Source: the human T2T-CHM13v2.0 reference genome, Homo sapiens
Direction: 5' to 3' (one strand)
DNA: 64,000 nucleotides
Assembly: GCF_009914755.1 (NCBI RefSeq)
Contig: NC_060930.1
Of this stretch, positions 1-16,833 are shown piece after piece; position 1 is the first letter of the stretch, and each line of letters begins with the position of its first letter. The notes below the pieces were generated by a model, which had not been told where the DNA came from, did no database searches, and was given only the letters and a program-made list of their open reading frames with translations. The translations under genes and the position numbers were made by a program.

Positions 1-290
1 TAGGGCAGTGAAACTACTCTTTGTGGTACTTTAATGGCAGATGCATGGTATTATTCATTTGTCAAAACCCATGGAACTGTACAACACAGAGTGAACCCTA
101 ATGCAAACCACAGACTCTAGTTAATAATACTGTATCAATATTGACTCATCAATTGTAACAAATGTATCACACTAATACAAGATGTTATTAAAAGGGAAAT
201 CTGTAGGGGTGGGGGTGGGCAAAGGGCTATATGAGAACTCTGAACTTTCTGCCCAATTTTTCTGTAAACTTAAAATCGCTCTAAAAGTCT
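1..290 (+). mobile_element. Old L1 (L1MC-like) 3' end fragment
   Basis: gtcaaaacccat...gtgaaccctaatg...aattgtaacaaatgtatcacacta, typical L1M 3' UTR. Confidence 0.75.
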
Positions 291-1374
291 ATCAGTGAAG
301 ATAAAAAGGAGAGGAAAGGATGGAATAGAAGAAATAAATGAAGGAGGAAACAGGGCAGGAAGAAAGAGAAAGCCGTGCATATACAATCTTGAGAGTGTAG
401 CATAAAACCATAATTATAATTAATTCTGTATGCTTGTGTTACAAGTAGAACAAAAATATGACTAGCCACTCTTCTTGCCAACTCCTAGGGCTCTCCATCA
501 CAAGTGTAAGATGCAGTTCAAGTAATTTGGCATGATGTGAAAATTTTTCACTGCCTGACTGCCACCTCATTTTCTAACACCATCACTGGTCTTTGCCGTG
601 TTACAAGCTCCAGCTGCAGTTGTCTCTTTGCCTTTCTTTGCTACTCATGACACATACTTTCAGACCACTCTGCCTTTTTGCTCTTGCTGTTTCCTCTGCC
701 TGTGTCTTCTCCCCTTCTAACCTAACCAGATCCTACCTCCTCTAACACACTACCTTCTCTGTGAAAACTTTCCTGACCTCCTTTCACCCCAGCACAGCAA
801 GCAAGAATGATCCCTCTCCCAGTTTCCACAGTTCCTTATGCCCATCTCTTCAATATATGCTTGGTACTCCACAAAATAAATAACAAAAATGGTTTCAGTG
901 GAAAAACTGGGGACAGAAAAGCCAGATCAGAGCAGATTTAAGCAATGGGTAGAAATTGAGATTTGAGTACATAGAATTGGTTTTATTGTGATGCTGTGTT
1001 AATTATTTTGATTTGTCTTTAGCATTTGGATCTTTACCTAACAGGGGTTGAGGGTGGTGAGAAGAAATTCCCAGAGTGGCCGTGGTGCTGTCCAATGCTC
1101 TGGTGCTGACAGGCCTGTCTCACTGAATAAAGGATGCCTCTAGAGTGATAATTTTTTTGGCCCCAGAAACTGTAGTCCTCTATTTTGAGGGGGAAGGGAG
1201 AGAGGAGAAAGACCATGTCCCTTCTCTGCTATCTTTTGGAGGGTCTGGAGCCAGAGCCTGCCTCATCTATTTGGAAAGGAAAAAGATTAGTTGACTAGGT
1301 GAGTACCTCATATATTTCTTACGGGATCACAGGCTCCTGAAGACCAATTGATGACTAAAAATAAATTGATTATT

Positions 1375-1530
1375 GGTTTTTCTGTCATTCATTAAATGGA
1401 CATTAAAGGCCATCTGTGTTCCCGGCACCATGATAGGCTCTGGGGATACAAGATGACCAAAACGGGGTTCCTGCCACAAGGAGTTCATATAACCAGGGAG
1501 ACCAACCTTGAGCCTATAACAGCAATTATG
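1375..1530 (-). mobile_element. L2 3' end fragment
   Basis: tcattcatt...ggcacc...ctctggggatacaagatg, reverse L2 tail. Confidence 0.55.
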
Positions 1531-1544
1531 CTTGAGCTACCATG

Positions 1545-1909
1545 TCTGCTTGAGCTACCATAACAAAATACCACACACTGGGTGGCTTAAACAACAGAAA
1601 TTTATTTTCTTCCAGTTCTACTTTCCAGTTCTTCTGGCTAGAAGTCCCAGATCAAAGTCCAGCAGGGTTCAGTTTCGGGTGATGGCTGTCTTCTTGGCTT
1701 GCAGATGGGCTGTTTTGTCCTCACATGGCTGTTCTTCTGTGTGTGCACACTCAGAGTACGTGTGCAAGCATGAGTGCGCTAATTCTATCAGATCAGGGCT
1801 CCACCTTTATGACCAAATTCACCTTAATTATCTCCTATTTCCAAATACAGTCACACTGGGGGTGTGGGCTTCAACATATGAATTGGGGGACGCAATTCAG
1901 TTCATAGCA
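1545..1909 (-). mobile_element. MLT1 (ERVL-MaLR) solo LTR
   Basis: ccataacaaaataccacacactgggtggcttaaacaacagaaatttatt...caattcagttcatagca. Confidence 0.85.
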
Positions 1910-1935
1910 GAAGCTTATAGAAAACTGTAGGTGCT

Positions 1936-2413
<478 letters not shown>

Positions 2414-3539
2414 TCAGTCAATAAGTTATTGTCCTACATAAAAAGGGACGGTCTCTACCTCCCAAGCCTTCTGTCAGTCACATCTTTATTCGGTGATATG
2501 TGCTTATTCCTCCTATGTGATTTTTACATCTGTAAGCAGCTTTTCTTGGAAGGGTATGTCACAGGTTTCCTGAATAATATTCAGATGTCACTCAGCTTTC
2601 ACTGTAACAGCCTCTATGCCTCCTGCAGAGGTGGTTATTTCAAAAGATTCAGTGACAGAGTTAGAAGAAGAGAGTTTTTGTGCTTTAAATGGCTCAAGAA
2701 ATAAACATACTTGTTTCTTTGTGACAGTGGGGTGTATTTATAATGAGTCATGGGCTTGCTAAAGCAGAGCGTGTCCACCCTGTCATTTCCCTTCTTTCGC
2801 AAATAGTCCTGGTGGGCACCAGGTTCCGTGAGCAGTCAGTGCTGAGTGTCCTCATAGGTAGTACTGTGTTAAGGGCCCTACCTGTGGGAGTAGATCTTCT
2901 CAGAAGGAGGAAGTGTTCTGGAAGCTGTAAGAAAATGAACCACTCCTTGCTTTATTCTTCCTTCCCACTCAGTTTACACTTATCTTCTGGCAACTGGACT
3001 TTTGGTCCCTGATCGTGGCTTTTCAGTGGCCAGATGATGAGTTTCTTTAAAGTACGGATTGAGTCACATTCCTCTCTGTTGCAGCCTTACTTGTCCCCCA
3101 GTGGTGATCACAGTAACCCAGTAGTGATTGCTTTTGGATAACTAGTATGATGGTTGTATATTTTTTTTTAAGCTTGTGTTATTCTGCTGGCAATTTGTTT
3201 CCCCAGTGGGATTCAGCCTCTTTGCAATGCACCCACCAGAGTCTCCAGCTATTCTCCTGCCCTTGGTGTAAGGCAAATGATGACCAAAGCAGGATTGCAG
3301 TCCATTCCATTGCCCCATTACCCTTGGGGAAATAGGGCAATGCTTTAGGACGGCAGGTGGTAAGAGGGTTTGTACTGACAGAGTAATTTCCCCATCTCTG
3401 GGACCAAAAATTCTGTCTTTAGAGACAGAGAGGAAAATGTGGGGATATTGGCTCAAGTCAAAATGAAAGCCCTCTCCTTTCTATGATCTCTCCAGGTGGG
3501 AATTAGATTTCTGTTGCTTCAACAAGTGGGCTGGAGCAC

Positions 3540-4300
3540 ACGCTTACAAGTTTAGGGCAGTCGACAGCACTCAGAACAGCTTCTGAAGGGGCTCAGTTCC
3601 CTGTTTACTCCCTTCCCCCTCCCCGGCAGAGACTGTTCAGAGGAGTATTTGTGAGACAAACGTCGGGAACAGCTGCTCAGCCAGACCCTTGTCTCCTGTG
3701 CTGCCGCAGTCACTGTGCTGGAACTCTCTGCCGAGGAGGGTGGAGTGTCTGGGCTCCGCTGCTCCCACAAAGCAAGCATTTTCCTGTTTTCTTGGAGGCA
3801 GTTTATTACAGATTTCAACCCTTTCTGCATCCCTCCCTCCCTTACAACACGCACACTCATCTTTTCTTGCATTACTGCTGAAATTATGCAAACTTCGTTT
3901 CTCTGTCATCTGAGCGTCATTCAGAAATGTTCCTCCGATCTGTGAATTGTTCCCTGACTTCAATCGGGGCAGTGTTACAGGTCCTCTGCTGGCAGGAGGG
4001 AGCAGTCCGTGAAAATCTGCAGACACAAGACTTTCAGAAGCTGTGACGAGCAGACTAGCAAGCCACAAAACATTGCAAGCTGAATGGATGTCTTAATAAG
4101 CTTTTAGATGTGATTTGGCCAGCATCAGCAGAGGAGGCTAACGGGAAAAGGCAGCGAACATTGTAACGTAAATCACTGCAGATTTGCTGGGAGTGACAGC
4201 CCTAGGAAGCTAATGATCTCTCCAGGAAAGAATTGACCACAGTTATCCAGAAACTGAACACGATGTAGAACAGAGAGGACAGCCCCTCGGATGTGAGTAC
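3540..4300 (+). promoter_or_regulatory. Candidate internal promoter / non-coding first exon
   Basis: About 20 CpGs in 760 nt within a long repeat-poor stretch; consensus donor GAT|gtgagt after 4292. Confidence 0.4.
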
Positions 4301-7300
4301 CATCTCTTCAACACAAGGTTTGGAGCAGTAGGAGCAAAGCTAGTTTATAGCTGATGGCGCTCCATAGCCACCAGTTCCTGGGTGCCTGTGGGCCATCTCT
4401 GGGTGGGTTGTACATAATGCCTGGCCGGGACTTTTATTTGCAGGTCTCTTCTGGAATATTTTGCTTGTCGGGAGACAGAACGTAGTGGCTTTAGGATATT
4501 GGCAAATTCTCCAAAGTATAGGAGAATTTGTTGTAAAGCCCCAAGAGAACAGCAAAAGCAAACCTTATAGACCTTTTTCTGTAAAAAGAAAACTGATTGC
4601 ATCACAGACAAGCAGCTGTGTGACCCTCTGGTATTTGTGATGAGAGACAAAAGAATTAGCAAATTACAGAGCAACAAAAATGGGGCAGTGGGCTGGGAGG
4701 ATGGAGGGAAATCTTAGCAAGCTAAATCCCTATCTAGATTCAGAATGTGCATTGCATACTTATGCTCATGTGTTTATTTCCTTTTTGCTTAAAGAATGGG
4801 CAGCGTGTTTGCGTTTAAGGTTTTCCTCCAGAATGCTGTGAAAAATGAACATTGTGACAAAGAGGGGTGTAATTGATAGGCTTGGGGCAGAATACATTTC
4901 TCACTGCCAGCAATGGGAAGTATCTTGAATGATAGCTGATCTACTTGGAAGAGGAGGCTCAGATATAAGGAGGGGATGAACTGCTACAGCCAAGGTAGCC
5001 AACAGGTTGGCAGTGAAGTTTAACTCTTTGATTCAAGACTGGTTTCACCCCTCTATTCCCTTTCCCTCCCAATTTACTGTCAGGGGTTCCCCCATCCCTT
5101 CTTAAACTGCCCCCCACCCCTGCAACACACACATCTCTATCTGGTCCAATTTGTCAGGTCAGGGCATCAGATGAGAAGAAGCAGAGTGTCTTCTCACTCT
5201 AAGGAATGGGTATCATTGTTCTAGATGGGAGGTAAGGATTTGGGACTTAGGAACAGTGACCATGAGGGAGGGAGAGAGGTGGTGTCTCTGCTTGGCCTGC
5301 ACCTGGTATCTCTGCTGGGCCTGCACCCACACCCAAGGCTGAAGGTGCAGGAAGAAGCAGAAAGGAAGCAGAAAAGAAGACCCTCATTTGATACCTTCCC
5401 ACCCACAAACTGTGTGTAAATGCACCTGCAGGTGAAGGCTGGAGATCCTAGTAAGGAGGCGATTACTGGGCTTAAATTGAAAATGAGTTTGAGATGTCCA
5501 AGCACATAGGGATGGTGTTGGCAACAGACTAGGAATTGGAAAGCTGGGGTTCTGTTCCTGATCTTGCAGGCAGTTTTCTGTATGACTCTGGTAGGGAGAG
5601 TATCCAAAGTCCTGTGTGAGGGACCTGTTCTGGAGGCTGCTCTGTGGGTGCTTTGGTCATGGTGGAGGGGATGGAATGAGAGAGGAACATTCTTAAGTAG
5701 CTGTAACTGAAAAGCAAAAAAATAGAAGGGTGTTTCTGCTTGGCCAATGTTTTCTCACCACTGTAGTATTTTTCTATCTTTAACCAAACAAAAAGGAAAA
5801 TTAATGTGGGCTGTGCTTGCAAAGGGCTGTTTACCAGTGGTAATTATCTAAACAAGGCTATCTCAGTAGCCTGCAGCTATGGCATAAGTGTACTTCAGTC
5901 TCAGTATCCAGGAGGCTGAATTCATTGCATGGGACTGGAGGGTGGGAGGGGAGTGGCTATCAATTTACTATGGGCCAGCTGGACCCCTGCATCCATTGCT
6001 GAGGAGGCTGCACAGCACTGCTGGTGTGGAGCTTGTGACCTCAACTGATGGGCTGTACTGAGGTTGCAGCAAAAAAAACCTCTACCCTCAGGGGCTAAGC
6101 CATGGAGCAGAATGAGTAGAATTTTAGCCATGAAAATGTTTGTATGAACTGGGCTGTTGTACTTGAGACATTTAAATACCCATTGCAAGAAAGGTTCTAG
6201 AATGGAAGGGGGCCGTTGGGTCTAGTGTCTAGAGTTAACAAATGGGTAGATGACGGGGGGGAGGGTGTGGCTGTGGAAGGGAGATCATTTCATAAGTCAT
6301 GGCTAATACTCTATTTTCCTGCCATTTAGGCCTGGAGTGATTTTGCAATATTTGGGCAAACAGAGCAGAAGCTCAGTATAATTGGTTTGAACAAAGCACA
6401 GATTACCTGAATGAAAAGAGGCAGCGCACCTATGTTTTTAAAAACAAACCACTTCAAATAGTGTAACGGTCTGGGAAAGATAAAGCCCAGACTGTGGCCG
6501 TTCAGCGTGACCATGAGAATTTTCAAAGGCATTTCCAGTTCCATTACTTTCAGTGTTTTGAGTCTCAACTTTATTCCTTCTTTTTTTTTTTGGCTTGTTC
6601 TATTTCTGGCATATCCCAGGGATCTCAGACCGTGACTCACCAAGCTGCTTTACAGCAGACCCTTCACCAGATCTGTTTTGTTTCTAATGACCCAGTGAGC
6701 AGGAGCAGGATGGGTTTGCGAGAGTTCCTCTCTCTTTTTCTGCTATTCTTTACCTGCATTTTGAGCAACAGATGGAGAATGATGAGAAAGTTTGATAATT
6801 CACAAGAGTGGGGGGTAAGAATTCTTTCCGAAGTTACAGTATTCACATCTGGGCCATACTTTCACATAATAAAATACCCTCTTTAATACCCACCACAGTC
6901 CTGGGAGATAAATGTTCTCATGTCTGTTTTATACGTGGGCATTTAACCCTAGCCTCACAGAGTGGTTGGCCAAACAACCTGCCTGAATGCCACGGTGAAC
7001 GAGTTCAAACAGGATATGGTCCAGGGCTTTCCAGCCGTATCATGGCCAATTCCTTAATCTTTAGAGACTGAAAGGACATTTGGGTGTGCCTGGGAACAAA
7101 TGTAAAGGATGGCTGCATCTTCCAGACCTTCAGAGTTAGGATGTGTGGTAGGGTTTGGGTTGAAGGATGGTATCTCTGTTGTAGCATTTTCTTTCCATTT
7201 GTATGTACTAGTATTTTTAATAAGTATCTTTTAAAATGCAAAGAAGCCCTCACTTCCTTGCTGTTCTAGCAGGACTGGATTAGACATTTAAGTATTTCTT

Positions 7301-8236
7301 CTTCTACCATTCACCCTTGAAATAATTACCAGTGGCTTTGGTTGGGTCTAATGGCAGCCCAGGTATACTGGGGGGAGTCCCAGTCTTTAAAATTCTCTTC
7401 ATTTTGCTATGTGGTAGGAAGAATTCAGTTTGCTACTAGTTACTACCCTCCAGATCACTGCTCTGCGACAGGGCTTTAGTGTTCCATAGGTGGTTTTGGT
7501 GCCACTTCTTTTCCTCCTGTTAGCAAGGAAGCAACATGACCAGCCCCCTGCATTGGCAGAGCCACTGTTAGTGTTTAGCATCTGTGTTGTCCCCAAGGTG
7601 GATTGTTTCAGCCACTTGGAACAAGGAATTGGCCCAGGCCTGTGCCCAGCTCTCCATCTGTTCCAGAACTCGTGAACTACACTATTTACGGTGAAAAAAG
7701 GTTGAAGGGAGAGAACTGCAGTAAATGCTAGGAGAAAACCCCAAAGAGAGAACCCACTCAGCAGGGTCTCTGTGGGGTGTGTTCCACAGGCCACTGACCC
7801 ACTGGGGAAGCGGCACGTTAGCCATGGTGGACGCACAAAATCCAACCAGGGGGCCTTTGATGATCACACACGGTACAGTTCCCTGCCAAAGGCGGTGTGT
7901 AAACCAGGTGGTGCTTAGGGGATTATACCAGGCCTCCGCTCCCTGGGAGAAAAACAGAGCAAACCTTGCAGTTCTGGCCATACTCCTCCGGAGGATGTCC
8001 CTGATAGGGGAAGAAGGGAGGGAAGTTGGCACATTCTGCTGCCTTCCACTTGGAAGTTCTGTTCAGGGGCTTTGCTGTGGAGTGTGCTTCCTGTGTGTCC
8101 TGCCTCCCACAGCTACCCTCCCCTGCAACATGCAAGCAGCAGAATGCCTTAAAATCACAGAGAAGAGGTGTGACCTGTCCTTGTGTGTCAAGTGGCCCTG
8201 ATGGCACCTTTGTTTTGTAACCCCTAGGTCCCGAAG

Positions 8237-8251
8237 ATGGCATATTCATAA
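8237..8251 (+). promoter_or_regulatory. uORF1 (MAYS*) in strong Kozak context
   Basis: aagATGg GCA TAT TCA TAA inside the 5' UTR. Confidence 0.7.
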
Positions 8252-8263
8252 AGACATCTTCTG

Positions 8264-8320
8264 ATGATTGTGAACATCTTTACCTCTGGGTGCCAGGCCG
8301 GGCCAGTGACTTCGTGTTGA
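8264..8320 (+). promoter_or_regulatory. uORF2 (18 aa), weak context
   Basis: ctgATGa...TGA, MIVNIFTSGCQAGPVTSC*; ends 50 nt before the main ATG. Confidence 0.55.
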
Positions 8321-8367
8321 GCTGAAGGAACTTGTCTACCGCTTCCCTGAAAACCTTTCTTTCCTAA

Positions 8368-8553
<186 letters not shown>

Positions 8554-9109
8554 TGAAAAACTGCTGTGTTTGGTTCACAGCTTTCAAAGAACTGGCTTTT
8601 CTTCCAATGATGGAGGTTTGGGGAGAAGGAGGATTATTAAGAATGCTTTTGTTGCCATCTTTCAAGTGGAGCAACTTGTAATTAGCATTTGACAGTCTTT
8701 AAAATCACGGTGGCTTTTCTCACCTATTTCTTTAGCTAAATGGAGAGGAGATCTCTTGGGAGAAGTTGGGACACAAAAGCTTACTGGACAGAGTGTGCGA
8801 TAATCACGTTAGATGGGCCTCCCGGGGAGGTGGACCAGCTTGTACACAGCCCCTCCACTGTGCAGAGTCTCATTGTCCCCGTCTGTATGATGACGGCCTG
8901 GACCAGATGACTGCTACAACCTCTATAGGCTTTGATTTCATGTGGGTCAGTGAAGATGGGTGGTAAGCTTTGGAGGGCATTGCTTACCCTGCGCCAACAG
9001 AGAAGACTATGAAAGATAAGAGACCATACTGGCCAAAGGCAGTTTTGTAGCAAAGCCAAGAAAAGGCAGGCTCCGCGCAGCTAGAGGGAGAGTTTAAATA
9101 CACTGGCAA

Positions 9110-9790
9110 AGTAATGCTGATAGCAAGCACTTATTGAGCCCTAGTATTGCTGTAAGCACTTTACAGCCTTCTAGAAGAGATTCTCTTCTCATTCCTGTTT
9201 TGGAGAGGAGGAAACTTGTCCAGGGTCCCTCAGCCGCTGAGTGGTGGAAATGCAACTTGTACCCACAGAGTCTGGCTCCGAAGCCCAACCTCCAGTCCTC
9301 CCCAGAAAGAGCTGTGAAGAGGGGCAAAGTTTAATTTTCATAGAAGGTCACCTGTTAACTTCTGACCTCCTGTGGCAGATCGGTCAGCTCCTATTTTCAT
9401 GTTTACTTATGTGCAGTTTTCACATTCCATGCCGGCCTCCAGAGAGGTCTTGAGCTACTTGTAGGTCCCCATGGAGGTGAACAGGGGTTTGCCCATAGAT
9501 GGTGATTGGATTGTTTGGAACTGAAGGTGAAGGGGGCCTTAACTCAGAGCTTGTGTGATCTACCCATAGCACTTTCCAGGGCCCAGGCAATCACAAATGG
9601 GAGAGAGTGCAGACTCTGTAGTTAGGGCACCTGCTCACAGATTTTAACTCTGCTTTGTTTGCTAATTGTGCAAGTTGCTTAACTTCTTTGAGCCTCAGTT
9701 TCTTATCTGTAAAAGAGGGATAGTAATGTCAGCTTTTCAGAATTGTTATAAGAACAATAACTTATTTAATGCACTTAGGGCATAGTCTGC
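9110..9790. mobile_element. Two MIR fragments (about 9110-9310 minus, 9620-9790 plus)
   Basis: MIR core gagcctcagtttcttatctgtaaaa and a degenerate reverse copy. Confidence 0.6.
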
Positions 9791-9922
9791 AAGTTTTTTC
9801 TATACATAGACTTAATTATTTGCTATTTTATAAACAGCTTTATTAAGATATAATTTACGTTCATTAAATTCACCTATTTTAATTGTACAATTCAATAATT
9901 TCTAGCGTATTTATACCACCAC

Positions 9923-10266
9923 TGCTATGCACTGAATTGTTTCTCCCCCAAATTCGTTTTTTTCAACCCTAATCCCTAATGGTATTTAGAGATATAGGGC
10001 CTTTAGGAAGTAATTAGGTTTTTAAATGGGGTCATGAGAGTGGAGCCCTTGTGATGAAATTAGTTTCTATGTAAGAAGAGGCACCAGGGTCTGCTGTCTC
10101 TCCTTCTCCCTGCTATGTGAGGACACAGTGAGAAGGTGGTCATCAGCAAGCTAGGAAAAGGGCCCCCACTGGAACCTGACCACGCGGGTACCCTGAACTC
10201 ACGCATCCCGGCCTCCAGAACTGAGGAACAAATCTCTTGTTCTGGCAACCTGAGAAGACTAATATA
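9923..10266 (+). mobile_element. MLT1 solo LTR
   Basis: tgctatgcactgaattg...atgtgaggacacagtgagaagg...gcctccagaactgag. Confidence 0.8.
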
Positions 10267-10325
10267 AGCACATTCAAATATTAGAACATTTCTATTGTCA
10301 CAATAGAAAATTTTATATATATATA

Positions 10326-10607
10326 ATTTTTTTTTTTTTTTTTAGACAGTGTGTCCGTCTGTTGCCCAGGCAGGAGAGCTCACTGCAACCTCCACCTCCC
10401 AGGTTCAAGTGATCCTTGTGCCTCAGCCTCCCATGTAGCTGGGACTACAGGCACATACCAACATGCCTGCCTAATTTTTGTATTTTGAGTAGAGATAGGG
10501 TTTCACCGTGTTGGGCCAGGCTGGTCTCAAACTCCTGACCTCAGGTGACCCACCCACCTTGGCCTCCCAAAGTGCTGGGATTACAGGCATGAGCCACCGC
10601 GCCTGGC
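10326..10607 (-). mobile_element. AluS
   Basis: Reverse Alu with poly-T head and a small internal deletion. Confidence 0.92.
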
Positions 10608-11437
10608 TCCTAGTAAAAATCTTCGTACCCAGTAGCTGTCACTTCCCATTCCCACCCCCAGCTCCTGGCAACCATGAATCTACTTTTTGTCTCTATAAAC
10701 TTACCTTTTCTAGGCATTTTATGTAAATAGAATCATATGGTATGTGGTCTTTTGTGTCTGACTTCTCTCACTTAGCATAAAGTTTTCAAGGTTCATCTCT
10801 GTTGTAGCATGTATCAGTACTTCATTCCTTTTCATGACTGAGTAATAATCCATTGTATACATATATTCTGTTTATTTCTTTATCAGTTGATGGACATTTG
10901 TGGTTGATTCCAGTTTGGGGCTATTATGAATAATGCTTTTGTGAAAATTTATATACAAGTTTTTGTGTTGGAAATATGTTTTCAGTTCTCTAGAGTATAT
11001 TCCTAGGAGTGGAATTGCTGGGTCGTATGGCAAATCTGTTTAACACGTTAAGAAACTGCCAAGCTATTTTCCAGAATACCTGTACCATTTTACATTCTAC
11101 CAGCAATGTATGAAGGTTTCAGCTTCTCTACAATCTCACCAGTGCTTGCCTGTCTTTTTTTGTACATCATTTGCTTTTTCATAGTTATCTTTAGCAAAGA
11201 TTCCCATTGGAATTTTAAAACTATTAGTTCAAATACTGCTAAAGGTTTTTAATAAAAACAGTGATCCCTTAGCCCAGTCCCATTTACACTCCAAAGAAAC
11301 AACTTTCAGCCTTCTAGATGTTTCTTTTCTGGTATTTGTCTCCATATTTCCAATGAATATGTATGTTCTACCACCTGATTCAACAGTTTAGTTTTTTTAG
11401 TGAAGTCAAGTTTAATATTTTATTTATGTTATACTCG

Positions 11438-11447
11438 TGTGTGTGTA

Positions 11448-11483
<36 letters not shown>
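11438..11483. repeat. (TG)n microsatellite
   Basis: Interrupted then pure TG run. Confidence 0.95.
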
Positions 11484-11484
<1 letters not shown>

Positions 11485-11504
11485 ATAATTTATTTAAGAT
11501 ATGC

Positions 11505-14350
<2,846 letters not shown>

Positions 14351-14354
14351 ACAG

Positions 14355-14572
14355 TTTGTTTGTTTGTTTGTTTTGACACAGAGTCTTGCTTTGTCTCCCA
14401 GGCTGGAGTGCAGTGGTGTGAACACGGCTCACTGCAGCCTTAACCTCCTGGGCTCAAGCAATCCTCCTGCCTCAGCCTCCTGAGTAGCTGGGACTACAGG
14501 CATGTGTGCCACCATGCCTAGCTGATAATAATGAGCAACTTCCTGGGCGATCCTACTGCCTCAGCCTCCCAA
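14355..14572 (-). mobile_element. AluJ fragment
   Basis: Reverse right arm with (TTTG)n tail. Confidence 0.8.
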
Positions 14573-15557
14573 ATACCACAATTTTAAAATCAGACTTATA
14601 ATTATTGTGACTATGTAAATGCTGCTCACTGGTTAGCTGAGAATGATTACTTTTTTAAAAAATATATATCTTATTATTTTTCCTGGAGCTGATAGTTACC
14701 CTAATTTTTTCACTTGTTTAATTTGATTTAAATTTATTGGTAAATGTTTCATCTACTATCTGATAACTCTGTAAAACCGTTCTTAGTGCAATTCTCCATG
14801 AGTAAACCTATTACATATTTATCAGCCCGAGTCTTTTCCTGGGGATATCCCCTCTGGAGTCATTTATCCTTCTTTCTGATTGATCTGGGTTGCTCTCTAG
14901 TTCTGCACAGTCATCTTGAGAAGTCCTTTCACCTCTCCCCTGTATTAGATCCCTGTTTGCTGGAACCCATGTCACTCTAACTTTGATACTGCACATTCTT
15001 TGATTTCTTCCTAAGAAAGGGAATATGTACATAAATTTTTTGAGAGTCTGCATGTCTGAAACTCCTTATTCTACCCTCTTGCTTACGGGACAATTTGGTA
15101 TAGAAACCTAGGCAGAGAATTATTTTGCCTAAGAACTTCAAACGCAGTGCCTCATCTTTGAACTTATAGTGTTGCTGTTGGGAAAGTCAGCTTATAGTGT
15201 TCCTTGCAACTGTCTTCTGAAAGGCCTTTTGCATCCACTCTGCCCCTTGAAGGACCTGCCCATTCAGGACTCAGCTCAGGAGCCACCACCAACATGAAGT
15301 CCACCCAGTGAATGGTACCCTGGATGGAATTTGCTCTCCTCCCAATTGATGTAACCTTGTTCTCTATGCATTCTGTGTCCTTCATACTGCTCTGTGGGTG
15401 CTCAGAACTCCCCACCACATCATCACTGTGACCTGGGTCATAGTGTCTCTCTTACATTTATCTGTGTTTGACAGAGGAGAAAGGCACTGAATTTGGAATC
15501 CAAAGACCTTGGTGTAGGCACCTGTTCTGCTGCTTATTAAAGGCTTATTAATGTAGG

Positions 15558-15785
15558 CCAGGGTTGTTCAGCCTTAGCAACATCACTGACATTTTGGGCC
15601 AGATCATCCTGTGCTATTGGGACTTTCCTGTGCATTGTAGGGTATTTAGCAGCATCTGTGGCTTCTTGCCATAGATGTGCTGGTAGTACTTCCTTTCCTT
15701 GGATTTTGACAACCAAAAATGTCTCTGGACACTGACAGACATCCCCTGAGGAACAAAATCATCCCCGCCTCAGAACCATGGATTA
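15558..15785 (+). mobile_element. MER20 (hAT-Charlie)
   Basis: tgacattttgggccagat...cctgtgcattgtagg...tgacaaccaaaaatgtctc. Confidence 0.85.
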
Positions 15786-16009
15786 GGCCAATCATGACAG
15801 GAGTCTCTATTTCCTCACAAACCTTAGAGTTTCCATAAGCACTAAATGTGATAGCACATGTTGCCATAGTTATAAAATCTAAGTGGACATAAAATATTGA
15901 TTATTTTTTAACTCATCCAGTGCCTAGCAAGGTACTCACATCCCATCTGTGCCGAATGAGGGGAATAATGTTATTGACTGTGAATTTCTTACACTTTGAT
16001 AGCAATTGC

Positions 16010-16200
16010 AAGGTATTAGGTACTCTTGTAAGAGCTCTACAACAATTAAGTATTTTAAACCTCACCATGGCTATTATCCCCATTTTACAGATGAGGAAAC
16101 TGAGGCAAGGAATGATCAGGTAACCTGCCCTAAGTTTCCCTTAGAAAGTGTCAAAACTGGGACTCAAACCCTGGCCATGTGGTTCGAGAGTCCTTGCTCC
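16010..16200 (-). mobile_element. MIR
   Basis: tatccccattttacagatgaggaaactgaggc. Confidence 0.85.
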
Positions 16201-16204
16201 CACA

Positions 16205-16833
16205 GGAGGCAAGGAGGAAAGTTCCCCTTGGCCCTTGAAGGCTCACTGAAAAATCAGCTGACAAATGGCAGATAAATTGTAGAAGAGGCATAAAAATTTA
16301 TTTAACATGTACATACAGGAGCCTTCAGAATGAGGACCCAAAAATGCAGGGGAAATTGTCCATTTTTATGCTTAGGTTCAAAAGAGTGTGGATAGCCATG
16401 TAGAAATATGATTGGACAGAAAGGGCACGATCTAATGCTGATTGCATGGGAAACCCAGCAAAGCCTGTCTGTCTACATTCTTCTTGGCCTTTCTGAGCTG
16501 AGCATTTCTGCCTTCTAGGTATGAGGCAGGACCCTCTCTGGAATGGAGTGTTAAGACCTACATTCAACTAGGTCAGATAATTTCTTTATGGCTTGCTTTT
16601 ACGCAGAAAGGGGAGGAGGGGAAGGTTAGAGTAATATTTTTAAGTTTTATGGCTGGCTTTGAGGGTAGCAGATTCTGGTTTCTATGACCTGCCTTGGGGG
16701 AAGAGGGATTCTAGTTTCTATGGTTAGCCTCTGGGGAGGAATTGAGGGGCCAGAGATAGGAGGGCAGGAAGAGGTCAGAGAAAAACTTTTGCTTGTGAGG
16801 CCTTCCTTTTGGGTTGTTTTTTGAGCCCCAACA
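16205..16833 (-). mobile_element. ERV1-class (MER4-group) solo LTR
   Basis: Reverse strand starts tgttggggctcaaaaaacaacc...gaaggcctc; internal repeated gattct.gtttctatg motif; family uncertain. Confidence 0.7.

Larger units (their letters stand above)
9830..11150 (-). mobile_element. L1M fragment interrupted by MLT1 and Alu
   Basis: Reverse L1 3' UTR motifs (ctggcaacca, ttcatctctgttgtagcatg, ggaattgctgggtc). Confidence 0.8.

Noticed and set aside
7399-8249. Overlapping 108-158 aa ORFs on both strands before exon 2
   Set aside because: Mostly non-AUG starts, Cys/Trp/Leu-rich random composition and no domain; expected in GC-richer DNA.
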